The notes: a model not told the origin generated them from the sequence alone. Shown: positions 41,683 through 55,979, counted from the whole stretch's first letter. The stretch is 63,844 nt of DNA, filler included, from Bigelowiella natans CCMP2755 (GCA_000320545.1; 8 parts of 8 records of this genome joined end to end with filler, not necessarily neighbours in it); one strand, 5' to 3'. Made by a program: numbers and translations.

Positions 41683-43043
41683 ATGGCGTCCGTCCGGGCC
41701 GCCAGGCCCCGGACTTTGTCGATGGCTTGGCTCTGTATCTTCGTTCTAACAGGGGCGGCCATTCTTCTACGCAACGATCCCCTCCCATCCCCTCTGCTAA
41801 AATCAGGGCTCGGGATGCCGTCATGGACAAGCTCGTTGCAGGAGAAGGACATTCTCACCCTTCGTGGAATGATCGACGCAGGGAGGCTACACGTGGACGA
41901 GTTGTCCAACCCGACGAAGGAGTCGCTCAAAGCTTCTCTCAAGAAGGTGCCAACTCTCTTGATTTATGAACTTCCCTGTGTCTTTTGTTGTTTAAGAGGA
42001 GTCTGATATCACACTCGATGTGTTCTTGGTGTGTTCGTTGGCGTGACCACGCAAAAACTTCACTGCCGCCCTCATCAACCCGCTAAACCTTACCATCGTC
42101 AGCAAATGATAACACATTAACACAATACTAGCAAGAAATTGATGTTGGAATTGCTACTTACAGCCGCTCCTAGTGAACAGAGCGTGGCTGGCCTACAGGG
42201 AGTCATCGTCCTCTCGATCTGCATCTGCAGCTGCAGCCTCGGACCCACGCGGAAAGCTCACCATAGAGGATATAGACAGGTTTCAGCGCTTTCGAATACT
42301 CGACGACGATGGGATCAAGCCTCCCGAAGCGACGAGGAGCCCCCTAACAGCAACCCAGAACCACAACAACGACGCGAGCGGCCCGATAAAAACGTCCGGA
42401 CAGACACACTCTCGCATGATTCTCTGTTTTCCCTTCTTCCTTTTTAAGATGCAGTCGTATGCTTGCTGGGAAACGAGCCAACGCGCACAGAGCCGACGCG
42501 CCCATCTAACACAGTCCGCACACGTCGTACTCCGACAACTCCCGATCGCATGATATGTAAGTAGTGGTCCGCGCCTGAGATGATGAACGCGATGTAAATT
42601 TTTACAGTGCTGCTGGAGGGGGGAGGGCCCAGGTTGGGGCGCCAGGCTACCCTTTCAAGGATGAGGAGGAAGAAAAGAGGAGGGCGGAGAAGGAGAGACT
42701 TTTGCAGGAGAATTTGCAGCGAATCCGCAGGGAAAAGAAAGCCGAATACGCAAGGCTTGGATATGGAGACGTACATTTGGAGCAAGGCGACGGCTATTAC
42801 AGTGCTGCTACTGGAGGGATGATGAAGGATGAGGACGGGACGATAGGCGAGGAGATGTTAATGGGAGTTAACGATGCCAAGGAGGAGGAGGAGGAGGAGG
42901 AGCAGGGGGGGGGAGGGGGGTGGCGAGACAGCCCGAAAAAGCAACACCACCGGAGGAAGAAGAGGGGGGAGGACACAGACGACCAAGCGGTGATAACATG
43001 TTTATTTGAATATTACAGATGTGTGTGTGTGTGAATATTACAG

Positions 43044-43082
<39 letters not shown>

Positions 43083-43419
43083 GTGTGCACCTCTCTCATT
43101 ATTCCGTTTGAATCAACCGATGACAAAAGGCGCAATCCGTGCCGCACCGTGGGCTGCGCCACCCCCCCCTCGGCAACACTAGCTTCTTGGCGAAGGGGGG
43201 GCGGCAGTTTACGTGCACATGGCCTGGCTGCGAAGAGAGGGAGCCTTTTGACTGCGCGGAGGAGTTAATCGTGCACTACAACGAGCACAGCCTCGCAGAC
43301 ATGGGAGATCCCGACAACGCCAAAGAACGCAAGATTGTTTCGAGGAGTGATAGGAAAGACCCGGAAGATCTAACCGCGGTCTGGCTCAAGGAGGCGGGTC
43401 TGTTTGCATGCGCGTGCGC

Positions 43420-43451
<32 letters not shown>

Positions 43452-45132
43452 GTGTCTATGTCCACGCGTTCTCTTGTTGCCGGTGCCTGAGAGATAGCGG
43501 CGTTGGCCTCAGGAAACGTTCGGTTCCGAGAGGGTAAGTTTGTAGAAGCAGAAAAGCTCTACTCCCAGGCCATATCCCAGGCGCCGGACCAGCACGTTTA
43601 CTACGTCAATAGGGCAAATGCGCGCTACAAGCTGCAGAACTTCACCGGTAAGTATCTAGGGAGGGGGGGGGGGGCGGGGGGATGGAGGCTCGTAAAAAAG
43701 AGGAGAGGAGGATGAACTGTGCATTTCTTTCCAACGCCGACAATAATATCCTCGAAACACGCTCTACAGCTCCCCGTGAAACCGGTCTACCTGCCATGCA
43801 CGATGCTAAGTATCACGCCTATCACTTTTGAGAGGTGACGACCCAGGTTTCGTCATCTTCGGCCTTTTCCCCCCTGCTGCGAGCACCCTCACCTCGAATT
43901 CTTTCCATGCTCTGAAGCGTCGTCGTCGTCGTCGCTAATCTATCCTTCACACCGCGCGTGCATGATCCTGGTAGGGTCACTGGAGGACGCGAAATTCGCC
44001 GTGAAGCTGTGCCGGACGTACGGTAAGGCGCACTATCGTATGGGCGAGGCCCTGATGGCGCTCGGAAACTATCGCCTCGCTGCACAAGCGTACACCTACG
44101 GCGCCAGCTGCGAGGCGGGGGAGGAGGGGCATCGAAATTCTGGCAAAAGCAATTCATGGGACAGCAAAGCACGGTATGTGCTGCAAGTAGTAGTACGATA
44201 AAGGAGGAGGAGGAGTCTCCGATAATATGACAAAAGAGAGAGAGAGGGAGAGAGAGAGAGAGAGAGAGAGAGTAGATATAGCATCCACCTTCCTACCTCT
44301 GTTGTCTCATCAACTGCCAAGCACACCGACACGTAGCCAAAACGCAATCTCCTACTGAAACCCCTGCTTCTACCGCGATTCTTATCAGCCTTGCCGCCAA
44401 GTACGCAGCTGACGAGGAGAAAAAGCAAGAGCGTGAGGCTCAGGAGATTGCAAAGAACAAGAATCGTGTACTGATGAAAGACAACATCGTCGTACACCGA
44501 AAGCAGGCGTACATGGGGTCGCTATTTCTAACAACTACTACTACCACTCAGCATGCATGAAAAGATGGCGAATTTAATTGCGCGACCATTAGAATAAATT
44601 TCACTGCTGCGAACAATAAGTCGATGATGGATAGATCGATTCCGTACATCATCATCACGGCCTTAGGAGGCTCTCTGTTGGCTGCTGTCGCAGGGAGGGA
44701 AATCATTGGCGCACTTAGTGCCTTTACACACCGCTGGAACAATCACCACTTTGATTACTTCGATTCTTCCGAATAAATACTGTTTTGAGCTGTTGTTTTC
44801 TTCTTTCGTGCTTGCGTCTGCCCCCCCCCTCCTCATCGCCCAGATACGACGAAGAAGATGAAGCCTTCAGGGTGAAAGACTCTGGTGAATGGATTCGTGA
44901 GAGTGAGCACCAGATGGAAGAGCTCCAAGCCAAGTGAGATTGAGTAATCAATGTTGCAAAGATTCATTCCAACCTCTGCCTTTCCCTGTCTCTGGATTTA
45001 ACTAGGTTCGACGCGACGCTGCAATCCGAGAGCTGGGATACCGCGGAGAGGACCGGCGTCTCCATGTTCGGCCGCTATTGTATGCGCATCGGGAAAGAGA
45101 GGGGGGGGGGGGAGAGGCGCGAGATGCCCTAG
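41683..45132 (+). CDS. TPR-repeat protein with N-terminal signal-like leader and a single C2H2-like finger
   Basis: 'MAWLCIFVLTGAAILL'; 'FTCTWPGC..FDCAEELIVHYNEH'; 'GNVRFREGKFVEAEKLYSQAISQAPDQHVYYVNRANARYKL', 'YGKAHYRMGEALMALGNYRLAAQAY'. Confidence 0.75.
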
Positions 45133-45875
45133 ATCTAGAAATTCCACCTGCATATGGCTGTGCCTTTCTGCCACCTACCTTACGAATAATGATACATGAT
45201 CTGGCTCGAGACGATTTTGGTGCACTTTATATTCACATGTGGCGTCATCAGCATACCTAGAGCAAGCTAGCAAGTAGATATCTCTAGTTCTAGATGTGCG
45301 CAATATGATGGGACGGATGTAATGAATAAATTCAATTTTCCAATGGTCATCCCAATCTAGCAATGTATAGCTATGCAAAGCATGTGCGCTCTCACATCTA
45401 GATAGCTCCTGTAAAAATTATAATGCGTAACCGCGACACTGTAACCGATGCCTGCTAAATGCGACTGCTGCCACAAACATGCCTAGCTAGCTATCAGCAC
45501 TATTTAGCTAGCTACATATGTTGGCAACATGCAATAACGCTTTTTAACTTTATGACTGATTTGTTACGCATGTTAGCATGCGAGAGTATATATTGGGCTA
45601 TTAATCTATTATGATGTGTGCAGTAGCTACGAATGAAATTAGCTGATTAAAAATAGAGATAATGAGCACTGCGCTATCATCGATCGTCGATCATGGGTCG
45701 CGTAGATGTTTAGGACGCAAGACGCACATATATGCTAGCGTGCATGCTTTATCTTAGCCAATAATAGAATAATATCAATAATATGTTGCCTAGATGAGCG
45801 GCCTACCACACAATGAAACGTCTGCTGTATATGCTATGCACTGCATCGTACTACCAACACATTATGCACATAACT

Positions 45876-45916
<41 letters not shown>

Positions 45917-46043
45917 TGATGAGCTGCAGCGCTACTCACACATCTACAAACAACTTATTGATTGCTGCTTAAGATGATTATTTAAATAACCTAGACCAAC
46001 GGTAGTTTGCTGGCGATGATCATTACAGAACCGACAGGCTCCT

Positions 46044-46514
46044 TCACTTCTTGCGTGGCCAGCTTAGGAGGGATTGCTGCTTGTTAGCCTTGCGTATTCT
46101 CTTCAGCTCGGCGTTGGGCTTGATATCTAAATCAACGGTGCCGTCGCTGTTCACCCGCACTACACGGCACTCAACCCAGTTTTGGTTTGTCGTAGATCTG
46201 ACAATTCGTTGGCCGACTCAGCAATTGGGGGCGGCAGGTAATAATGATGACGAAATCATAAATTAAACGATCGCTCTCTCTTCAATAGCTAAACAGACAA
46301 GCAAGACGGGGGGGGGGGGGGGCGTGGGATGATACCTATACTCGACGACCTCCCCCGGTGTATAGAGCTGCAGCATTTGCTTACTGGCCTTGCGTATGAG
46401 CTTGGGATCTGCATTGGGCTTGATGTCCAGGTCGATCGTGCCGTCCTCGTTGACGCGCACCACGCGGCAGCCTACCCAGTTCTTGTTCGTCGTAGACCTG
46501 CAATACGATGATGA

Positions 46515-46548
<34 letters not shown>

Positions 46549-48340
46549 GGTGATGATATTGATGGTGATGATGCCGTGATTGTGAGTACCTATATTCAAC
46601 GAGCTCTCCGGGTTCATACTTGCGGCTTGCCGAGAAGATGTTCCCGAAAAGTCCCCCGCCAGCACCGCGCCCTTGTCAAGGGGAGAGGAGGAGAAGGAGG
46701 AGGAGGAGGAGGAGGAGGAGAAGGAGGAGGAGGAGGAGGGGAGAAAGTATTAAACCTAGTCTCATCTTATCTAATACACGCAGTCAAGCATCTTGATTGA
46801 GCGAGGAGAGGAAACACCACACACACACACACACACATACACACATGCATGCATATTTATAGAACAAATCTACGGCGCGTATCTGTCCGTGGTTCGGGTG
46901 GCTGGCAAGAACACACAGTCATCGTGACGCCGATGATGATGAAAAGAGCAGGGAAACAGGCAGAAGCATACAGCAGCAGCATACCACACAGCAGAGTAAA
47001 ATACCAAACGACATGAAGAGAACATATTCAGCAGCACTCACATACAGACACACTACTACCACCACCACCACCACCTGCTGCGCGGACGCTTGAAGGATCT
47101 GCTCGGTTCTTGATATCAAGATCGACTGTGCCATCGGCGTTGAGCTTCTTCACCACTAATATGGGAGGGGAGGGTGGGAGGATAAAGCTGAGCTTCGGAG
47201 GCGGCCCATCGGCCCGCATGCGGGAGAAAGCAGGCCGAGCATAAGCGGGACTTTTGGGAAGGTCTCACAATTAAAGAGCAAACATAACAAGCATTTTACC
47301 TGCTACAACAACAACAACAACAACTACTACTTCTACTACTACTGCTACTACTACCACTACGACTGCTGCTAACACAAAACAGCGACTTCTTCTTTTCGCA
47401 CACGACCTGCCGACACCCATCCCTTGTTGGAGGGTGAGTTATATTCCACACGCTGGCCGATGCTGTATGCTGACACCATTCGGCCCACAGTTCCCTTTGT
47501 CCCCCCCTTCGTACCACCTGCCGCCTTCGCCGTGCGCTTGGCGGGTGGGGGGGCGGAGACGACGGGTGAGACCGCGGGTGGAGTGGGAGTCGCCTTTCGA
47601 GACGTCCCCCCCCCCCCAGCAGCTGGTGACGGTTTACTCTTGACCGTGCCAGGTGAGAGACTAGCGAGGGAGAACGAAGCGAGAAATCTGTGCGGGGTAG
47701 GAACGGAGACGTATGCGTCATTATCCTCATCATCATTGTTACTATTATCACCACTATTATCACCACCACCATCATCATCACCACCATCAGACATTAGTGC
47801 ATCAATCAATCACGCTGGTGCTACTACTTTGAGCTGAGCGCTTGTGACGCTGTGGGCCTCTTGCTCCGCTCAGGATCTAGTAGTTTCGCCAACAGCTGGA
47901 ACCCAGCGGCGCCATCAGCGTCGAGAATATCCCTGTAATGGTGGTGGTGGTGAAGATGATAATGATGATGATGATGATGATGATGATGATAGTGATGTAA
48001 TGATGACAAAGATTTCATAGAAAAGCTACTACTCGAAACGACAATGTATTTTTTTTGAAAGGGGGGGAGGGGAACATAACAACAACAGTGATGAGTGTGG
48101 TAAGTGTGTGCAGGAGCGAACCATCCTAAGCTCTGTGCAGCTTTCAGTCGCCAATCAGCCACGTCTTGGTCGAAGTTTTGCTGTAGTAGGGTTCCCCGCG
48201 CACCACATTATTTTCAAACGAGGATTACATTAGTCATCGTTTGAACGCATTTGCTTCACAGTCTATCATCGTTTTTTTTTTTTTTTTTGAAGTTAAAGGG
48301 TTATTGGTGTGTTTGCACGTGTTGGCGCAGGAAGCTAGTG

Positions 48341-48386
<46 letters not shown>

Positions 48387-48971
48387 CCCCTCCCTCTCTT
48401 TCTCTCTCCCTCGCGTAAATACGCGCTCATGCCAGAGATCATGTTGATGATTTTCTCTGCGTCGTCATCGGTCGCGGCCATTCAGGATACAACCCCACTA
48501 TATATAATGTCTATTTCTTACTTCTCTTCAAATATAATCCTGGTGATTCTCTCCCCTCTTCATTCTCCCCCGCCCTTTCCTACTCCTCGTCCCCCACTTT
48601 CGTCGCATCGCAGCCATGATGCGCGCGTGCACACAGGCATGTGAGTGCGCCGCGTGTGTGTGCTGTCGTGTGTGGTTCTTCCATTATTACAAGAGTGCGG
48701 GCGAATTGCTTCGGGTCCATGGATCGAACTCCAGGCACCGACATCTGTGCTGGTAGCGTCATTTAATGCATGGCTGTGAGGTCAAGAACGAGCGCGGTAG
48801 AGGGTGGGAGGGGGGGGGGGGAGGGTTAGTACCGAGGATCACGCCGACGCTGTAGGTGTCGAACTTATCGGGTTGATTTTTGGCCCAGATGACGGGCGCG
48901 CCGAGGTTGGCTAGAATAGCTGCTGGAGGCTTCGGGGTCGTCTCAGGCATGACGAAGCGCTCGGGGGGGGC
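46044..48971 (-). CDS. STN7/STN8 (STT7)-like Ser/Thr kinase C-lobe plus three C-terminal Tudor/SH3-like repeats; N-terminus beyond the gap
   Basis: 'PPERFVMPETTPKPPAAILANLGAPVIWAKNQPDKFDTYSVGVIL|AQMSVPGVRS', 'DWR', 'ILDADGAAGFQLLAKLLDPERSKRPTASQALS'. Confidence 0.75.
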
Positions 48972-49254
48972 NNNNNNNNNNNNNNNNNNNNNNNNNNNNN
49001 NNNNNNNNNNNNNNNTTAATTAATTAANNNNNNNNNNNNNNNNNNNNNNNNNNNNNNNNNNNNNNNNNNNNCAGTTTCTATTCTTATATATATATGATTC
49101 TTGCATACTACACGTTCGACTAACCACATGGTGAGCTTGCACTCGTCAGATGCACAGACGTCAACACCAACTCGTCCATCGAGATGGAATCAGACGCTAA
49201 ATGCACACCCATCCCGCCGGGCGCGGGGCGGGGGTATGTATGTATCCCTGCATT

Positions 49255-49322
<68 letters not shown>

Positions 49323-49407
49323 CGTATACGTGAGAGGGCATTAGAACATATAAGATCTGCAAAATACAATTTATATTTAATTTGATCGTATTCGTAACTT
49401 GCACATA

Positions 49408-49769
49408 GGGATGGGGCGGGAAAATGATGAGAAAGACCAGGCGAACATCCTTACCCCCGCCGAGGAAAAGAAAGGGACCGGGTCAGCTGACAGCGGTTCT
49501 TCCAATACAGCAGGAGGAGCAGCAGTTATAGAAGTATACGACGATGCCCCAAAGGCCTCTATGGTAGCAGTGGTAGTAGCGTATCAACGATAAATATCTC
49601 ACAAACATCAGCTGATGCGAATCTAAAAAACCTGACGAAAGACTGGTGGCAGGGTGCCTGGCCTTTGACGGCCTGTGATACACCGCCCCTAGCGACTAAT
49701 CTGTGTTTCACACATTCATAAAAGAATGGTATAATAAATGTGAATATGATAATTATAAGCACACACGCG

Positions 49770-49806
<37 letters not shown>

Positions 49807-51056
49807 TATCCCCTTACTTTCTCACTTTGATTTGGTAGAAAATAGTAGCAGCTCGAGCGCTGTTTACAGTTGCAAAAGGAGACGCTTCCAATACTTCTGT
49901 AAAGGTTCTCTCGCCCCCACCCCCCCTTTTCCCTCCCACGCCCTCCTCTTCCAACAGCACGCGACATGGTAGCAGCAGAGGCAAACGGTTACGAGAAGCA
50001 CCTAACAGAGCCGATGACTTATGCGGTGTGCGGTGTGCGGTGATGGTGCTGTGATCATTTCAGAGTGTACTTCTGCGGCAGTTTCAGCGCGAGGCGGGTC
50101 TAGAAGATCCTGTCAAGGTTTGCGCATAAGTGTGCATGAAGCAGTTGTTCTCGTGCAGTTTGCCAAACGCCTGGGGATGATGATGGCAATAGTAAAAGAA
50201 TAAGGATGTTTGTTCGTGATGCGAAGTATGAAAGAGACAATGCGAAGATGGTGAAACGACATGACGACGAGAGAAGTAGAGAAAGCGAGAGAAAAGGGAA
50301 AAAAAAAGGGAGGGGGGGGAAGAGGGTAGAGAATTTCAGCACCACTGAGTGCAAATGACTTTCATTCTCCCGGACGTTTTTAGTCGCTTTGATTGAAAAG
50401 AATAGGTGGCAATTGTCCTTTCTGATTCCTCGAAAGACGTTATATGATGTTCTTGGTTCTTTTTCTGGGGTCTTGACGATATACGCACAGGCGGCTATTG
50501 ATAAGTGCACTGAGAATCAAACCGAAGTGCGAGAAGAAGGTGTGGATTTGCAGCTCGGAATGCGGAGAGAAGCGAAAGAGAGAGGGGGGGGGGAGGGAGG
50601 GTGGGAGAGTGGGAGGGAGAGAAAGAGAGAGAACGAAAAGGATCAATGCATATATCCGCAATTTACAAATGAGGTAACATTCGTTTCCTGCTCTTATGAC
50701 AGCGAATAGACAACCAACGTTCACTATTGCATATGCTCTCCCCCCCCTCTCCTCAAACTCCTCCTCCTCCTCCCTCCTCCTTCAGACATTCTGAAAGCAT
50801 TTAAAGATCTTGATATTGACGACGACGATGTGGGTGTACTGCTCACCGTGCTGCGTGTGAATCTGCATCATTTTCGATTGCAGTAGCCTCAAACCGTGCA
50901 ATCTGAAAACAATGCACCTTCTTAGATCGACTGATTGTAGCTGCCAACTCACACCGTCATGATTCAGTTTCGAGTCGTCATTTAACGCCGAAAAGCCTAC
51001 TGTTCGCATAGACTGGGCGTTGTTGTTGTTGTTGTTGTTTCGCTTTTCTTAAACAC

Positions 51057-51098
<42 letters not shown>

Positions 51099-52764
51099 CT
51101 TCTCTCTCTCCCCTTCTCTCTCTACCTCTTTCTGTGCATCATGTAGGCTGAAGATACCGGTCACCGTATCTTAAACGCTGTGAGCCCTTCAACCACGGTA
51201 CTTGAATCAACGAAGACGACGATGATGATGAGGATGATGATGATGAGGATGATGATGAAGATTGCAAGCTTCGCCTTGGGCCGTTGTATTGAGCAGCCGC
51301 CTCATGTTTGTTGTGCGAATTCAGCTTCGACTTCATATATCCTGCCACTTATCCGGGGAACTTACAAATGCTAAGGAGGAGGTTGGAACACGCCATAGCT
51401 GTGAGGGGGCGGGGGATGTAAGGAGCAGATAAAATATAGAAGGAGGGGGGGGCTATGACATGGATAGCGAAGTATTTCTTCATTATTATCAATATCATCA
51501 TATTTTTATATTTGCTTTACTTTCTCCTGCCCCCATTTGTCACAACCTGTTTAGCTGTTGGAATACCCATGTTTTCGCTGCATTATCACCAATTCGTGTC
51601 TTTAAATATATCATCATCATCATTATTTCACTCGGCTTGGCGCGGGTGTAATCGTCGCTCCCTCGCGCTTTCGGTTCTCAAAACCCTTGTGCTTTACGAT
51701 TGGCCAGATAGCGCTGCATTTATGTGAGGTGGAGAAAGCAGCCAAGGTAATCGGTTATCGGTTGAGCCGCGTGCATTCTTGCGAACACCGAATTCTTCCC
51801 CCGGCGCACTCGCACACGGACGTTTACACGATTCACAAGATGGTTTGTGTGTCTCAGTTTCTGGAAGAAGGGGATGAGGTAGAGCTCGTAGCTGCGTCCG
51901 GTGCTGAAAGCAGGCTTGTCCATGAGTCTCTCCACCCAGGATTGAGAGGCATCGTCCAGAAAGTAGAGTTGTCAGGACGAGGAGGAGGAGGAGAAGGAGG
52001 AGCTGAAGGAGGGGGGGGGAGGGGGGGGGGCTCAAGCAGAGGCAAGGAGGCATCGAAGATACATGTTCACTTTGAGGTGAGTTGTTGGGCGAGTAGTTCT
52101 AAGGCTGCTGACGCCGCCCTCTCCTATTTACCGTTTTGTAAGTTGTAGATTGTACTTTGCTATAGTCTAATGAGCAGCAGGTGAGCTGCCTATCTTGAAT
52201 CAACCGATGAGGCTCTGCTGCGATCATGCGTCCGACATATTTTTGAGCATACCTTCCTCACTTCTTGCCTCTATTCTTCCATATGCGTGGTTTGCGTGTG
52301 TGTGGTAGTTGGTGCTGCTGCTGATGCTGTTTGTGTCGTTGAATGTGGTGTGTTTTGTCAGGGCAAAGGAGTGTATATGATACCTTTTCAGTTCCTACGG
52401 CATGTTCCGGTAGAACACCAGTAGTAGCAGTCGTACTACTAGTGCTTATAGTACTAGCAGTAGCAGTAGTGGTGGTAGTAGTAGCAGCAATAGGAGGAGT
52501 AGTAGTAAGGCCCCGCGCGAGCAGCTTAACACACTATACCACAAAGATAGCAGTCACACGAACCACTAATCGACGACGAAGAAGAAGAAGAAGAAGAAGA
52601 AGAAGAAGAAGGGTTTTAAGCGGTTATTATTGTTTGCTGTGGGTCACCTCATATTGTCATTTGAGAGAAGGACGAGACTGTTGTTTTCTCTAGAAGCAGA
52701 ACAAACGACTAAATGACGGTTATTACGTGCCCGCTATTCCTCTTCGCCCTCTCCCTCCCCCCCC

Positions 52765-52802
<38 letters not shown>

Positions 52803-53236
52803 TTACCGTTTTTCCCTCTCCTCTCACTCACGTGTTAGGATGGCTTCGAGCTGCTATCTATTCGTAAGTTTGCTCGTGTTATCATCATCGAGTTGGATGT
52901 CAAGGATATTGACCTCACCGGACAAGTAAGTTGTTCTCCCTGCAAGCTGCTCGTGAGAGTACCCCCACCCTCACACACACCGGTCCAAGGATGCAAGACG
53001 TTTCCGTGTTGGTTTGAATGCGCTCGGTCCCAAGGAAGTTTGTGCATCGTCTCTCTTTCATGTTAATTGTGTGCTGCTGCTTTGTAAATGCGTTTTTGGT
53101 TGATCACTCAGTTCATCGTCTATCGAATTGCCTCCGACGATGAGAAGAGTGAAAGTCTTGCTCGTTGTGAGATGTACGAGATATCATTCAGTCGTGTGTG
53201 TGTGTGTGTGTGTGTGTGCATACTAATATTTGTATG

Positions 53237-53279
<43 letters not shown>

Positions 53280-53387
53280 TTCATCCATGTGTGTACTGTT
53301 TTTTATCGTGGTTTTTAGGAGTTTTCTGGAGATTTTAGGGTCTAAAAGCAATTCCGCCTTCGTCTTGCGGACAACGGATGATAGAAT

Positions 53388-53420
<33 letters not shown>

Positions 53421-53627
53421 AAGAACTACTACAACAACAACAACATTTCAGCACACTAACTCTCTCTCTGTCTCTCTCTCTCTCTCTCTTACTTCCTCCT
53501 CTCCTTCCCCCCCCCGCCCTCCCTTATTACAGGGCGGGTCAGTAGTTGTCCACAGCATAGAGGCCTTGGGAGGGACTTCACATTTAGAAGCCAAGGCATG
53601 CAATGGAACTACTTTATGCGCGAGAGA

Positions 53628-53664
<37 letters not shown>

Positions 53665-54002
53665 TCTGTGCGCTCATTCAGGCAAATCATCCTCAGTATT
53701 TATGCCTTTTGTAAGTCATGATAGGAGCTTAGGTTGAATCTCCTCTGGTGTGGTCATGTTTTTTGTGCTTGCTGTATTGCTGTTACAGATACTGAAGAAG
53801 CGAATGTCTTCGGTTATGATGATCGGTTTGGCGCACACGTTCCTTTCCCCCCCCCCCCCTCTTTCGAGCCTGAAGATTAGCATAGGAAACCACACACAAA
53901 CGAAGAGAGATGGGGAGACGAAGGAGGCGGCTCCTATTTGTTTCCTCCAATTGATGAAATTGTGTATGCAGCTCGATGATCCGATGAATCTGATGATGAT
54001 GG

Positions 54003-54033
<31 letters not shown>

Positions 54034-54096
54034 GATGATGCTACTCATCTCCTATTAATACATTTACGTACGCACACACACAAACACACACACACA

Positions 54097-54142
<46 letters not shown>

Positions 54143-54210
54143 TCGTTTATGTTCATGTACACTATTTGCTCCACGGTACGTTAGAATCTGGGAATGACCT
54201 TGTGAAATCG
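49408..54210 (+). CDS. Hypothetical many-exon gene with an EF-hand-like segment; possibly the 5' part of the RBR gene
   Basis: Micro-exons 'SVLLRQFQREAGLEDPVK', 'DILKAFKDLDIDDD', 'FLEEGDEVELVAASGAESRLVHESLHPGLRGIVQKV', 'FIVYRIASDDEKSESLA'. Confidence 0.45.
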
Positions 54211-54427
54211 NNNNNNNNNNNNNNNNNNNNNNNNNNNNNNNNNNNNNNNNNNNNTTAATTAATTAANNNNNNNNNNNNNNNNNNNNNNNNNNNNNNNNNN
54301 NNNNNNNNNNCGATGCATTTTGCATCATCATCACAGCCAAAGTCAAAGTAGAGGCCAAGGTATTGCTTCGTTCATGCTCGTCTAGATTAATCAATACTTC
54401 AATGAAATAAAATATATACAAATATAA

Positions 54428-54475
<48 letters not shown>

Positions 54476-54589
54476 TATAATATTTATATATACTCGACGT
54501 TTTAACGTTCCTATCCCTTCTCCAGGACCCCCTCTGCCCTCCCTTCCTTTTGCCCCCCGGCACTCTTTTGAACAACACAATGAGATCGA

Positions 54590-54910
54590 GTCGCAATTGA
54601 CACACTTCTCTTCTTCCACTGACAACAGGAACCCTTCAAAATGCAGATCATGAAGCAGAAATCCGTCGATTCTGAGTAAATCGGCCAAATCGGCCACACA
54701 TGCACGCACCCGACAGCGCACACGTCTCCCCCCCCCCCCCCTGCATGCCTGTGTACGTTTGTCGCCGCAACTAATATGTGTCTGCGTTGGGGCTGGGCGG
54801 GGGATGGTTGCGTGCATCATCAGGGCCGTCAAGGGGATGACAAAACCTGCGAGGCTAAAGAGCGAACTACTACGACAAGATCACTACAATTCTGTACTAC
54901 AATTATTGCA

Positions 54911-54956
<46 letters not shown>

Positions 54957-55899
54957 CTTTGAAGATTCAAAAGGGTAAAATTTGTTCCACAGCTTTGGAA
55001 CTCCTTTCACTTAGAGTGAATGCTTACTTCTCTCTCTCTCTCTCTCTCCATCTCCTCCTCTTCCTCTATCATCTCTTTCCTCCCTCTTTCCGTACCATCT
55101 CAACCATTCTCGTGATGACCAGCCCAAGCGCAAGTATTGCAACGTCTGCAAAGGAACAGGTGTGTGAGCTTGGAATATGAGAGGGCGGTCGTCGATTGAA
55201 GCAGGGGAGCATGGGATACGTATACTTTCGCAAGGGGGTGTATCCGGGGCGAGGGGGGGGAGGGGGAGGGGGGGGGGGGGGGGGGGGGAGGAGGAGGCGG
55301 AGAGGGAGGGAGAGAGAGAGGGAGGCGTTGGGTTTGAGTTAAAGGAGTGGGGGTGGTGTGATCGAATTCGAGTTGCTGGGGGGAGGGGGTGGTTCAATGA
55401 TTGACACCTCTTTGCCCCCCCCCCCCCCACCCCCCTCCTCTCGAATGTATAAAGGGATGGTGACCAAGACGCTCGAGAGGACGCTGTCCATGCGGAACGG
55501 AGCTGCTGATGAGAAGAAGGACGCTGCTGGAGACGAAGCTAAAAACCTGGTTCGCACGAGCGCTGATTTCTGCAGAAGCCATTTTTATATATATTTACAT
55601 ATATTTATATATATATTTATGTATATTAATATGTGTGTGTGTGTGTGTGTGTGCATCATTTGCGTATTTTACTCCCTCTCAAGCGTATTCCTATAGTTTC
55701 ACCAGGTAAATAGAGGCGGGAACGAGGCCAAGGAGATGAAGGAGGCACCTCAGAAAGACGAACAGCTCGTATCCTGTCCGCTCTGCACAAGGGTGCTGTT
55801 CCATAGATAAATATCACGTAGAGATAGCGCTTGTGACTCAAAAAATCATCGATTGAGAAATCGCAAGATCCTGTCATTTTAGCCAGAGGGACGAGTGTG

Positions 55900-55979
<80 letters not shown>

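Noticed and set aside
45121-45520. CTAG clusters as relics of TCTAGGG nucleomorph-type telomere repeats
   Set aside because: No TCTAGGG or CCCTAGA tandem arrays are present, and the flanking bases vary.
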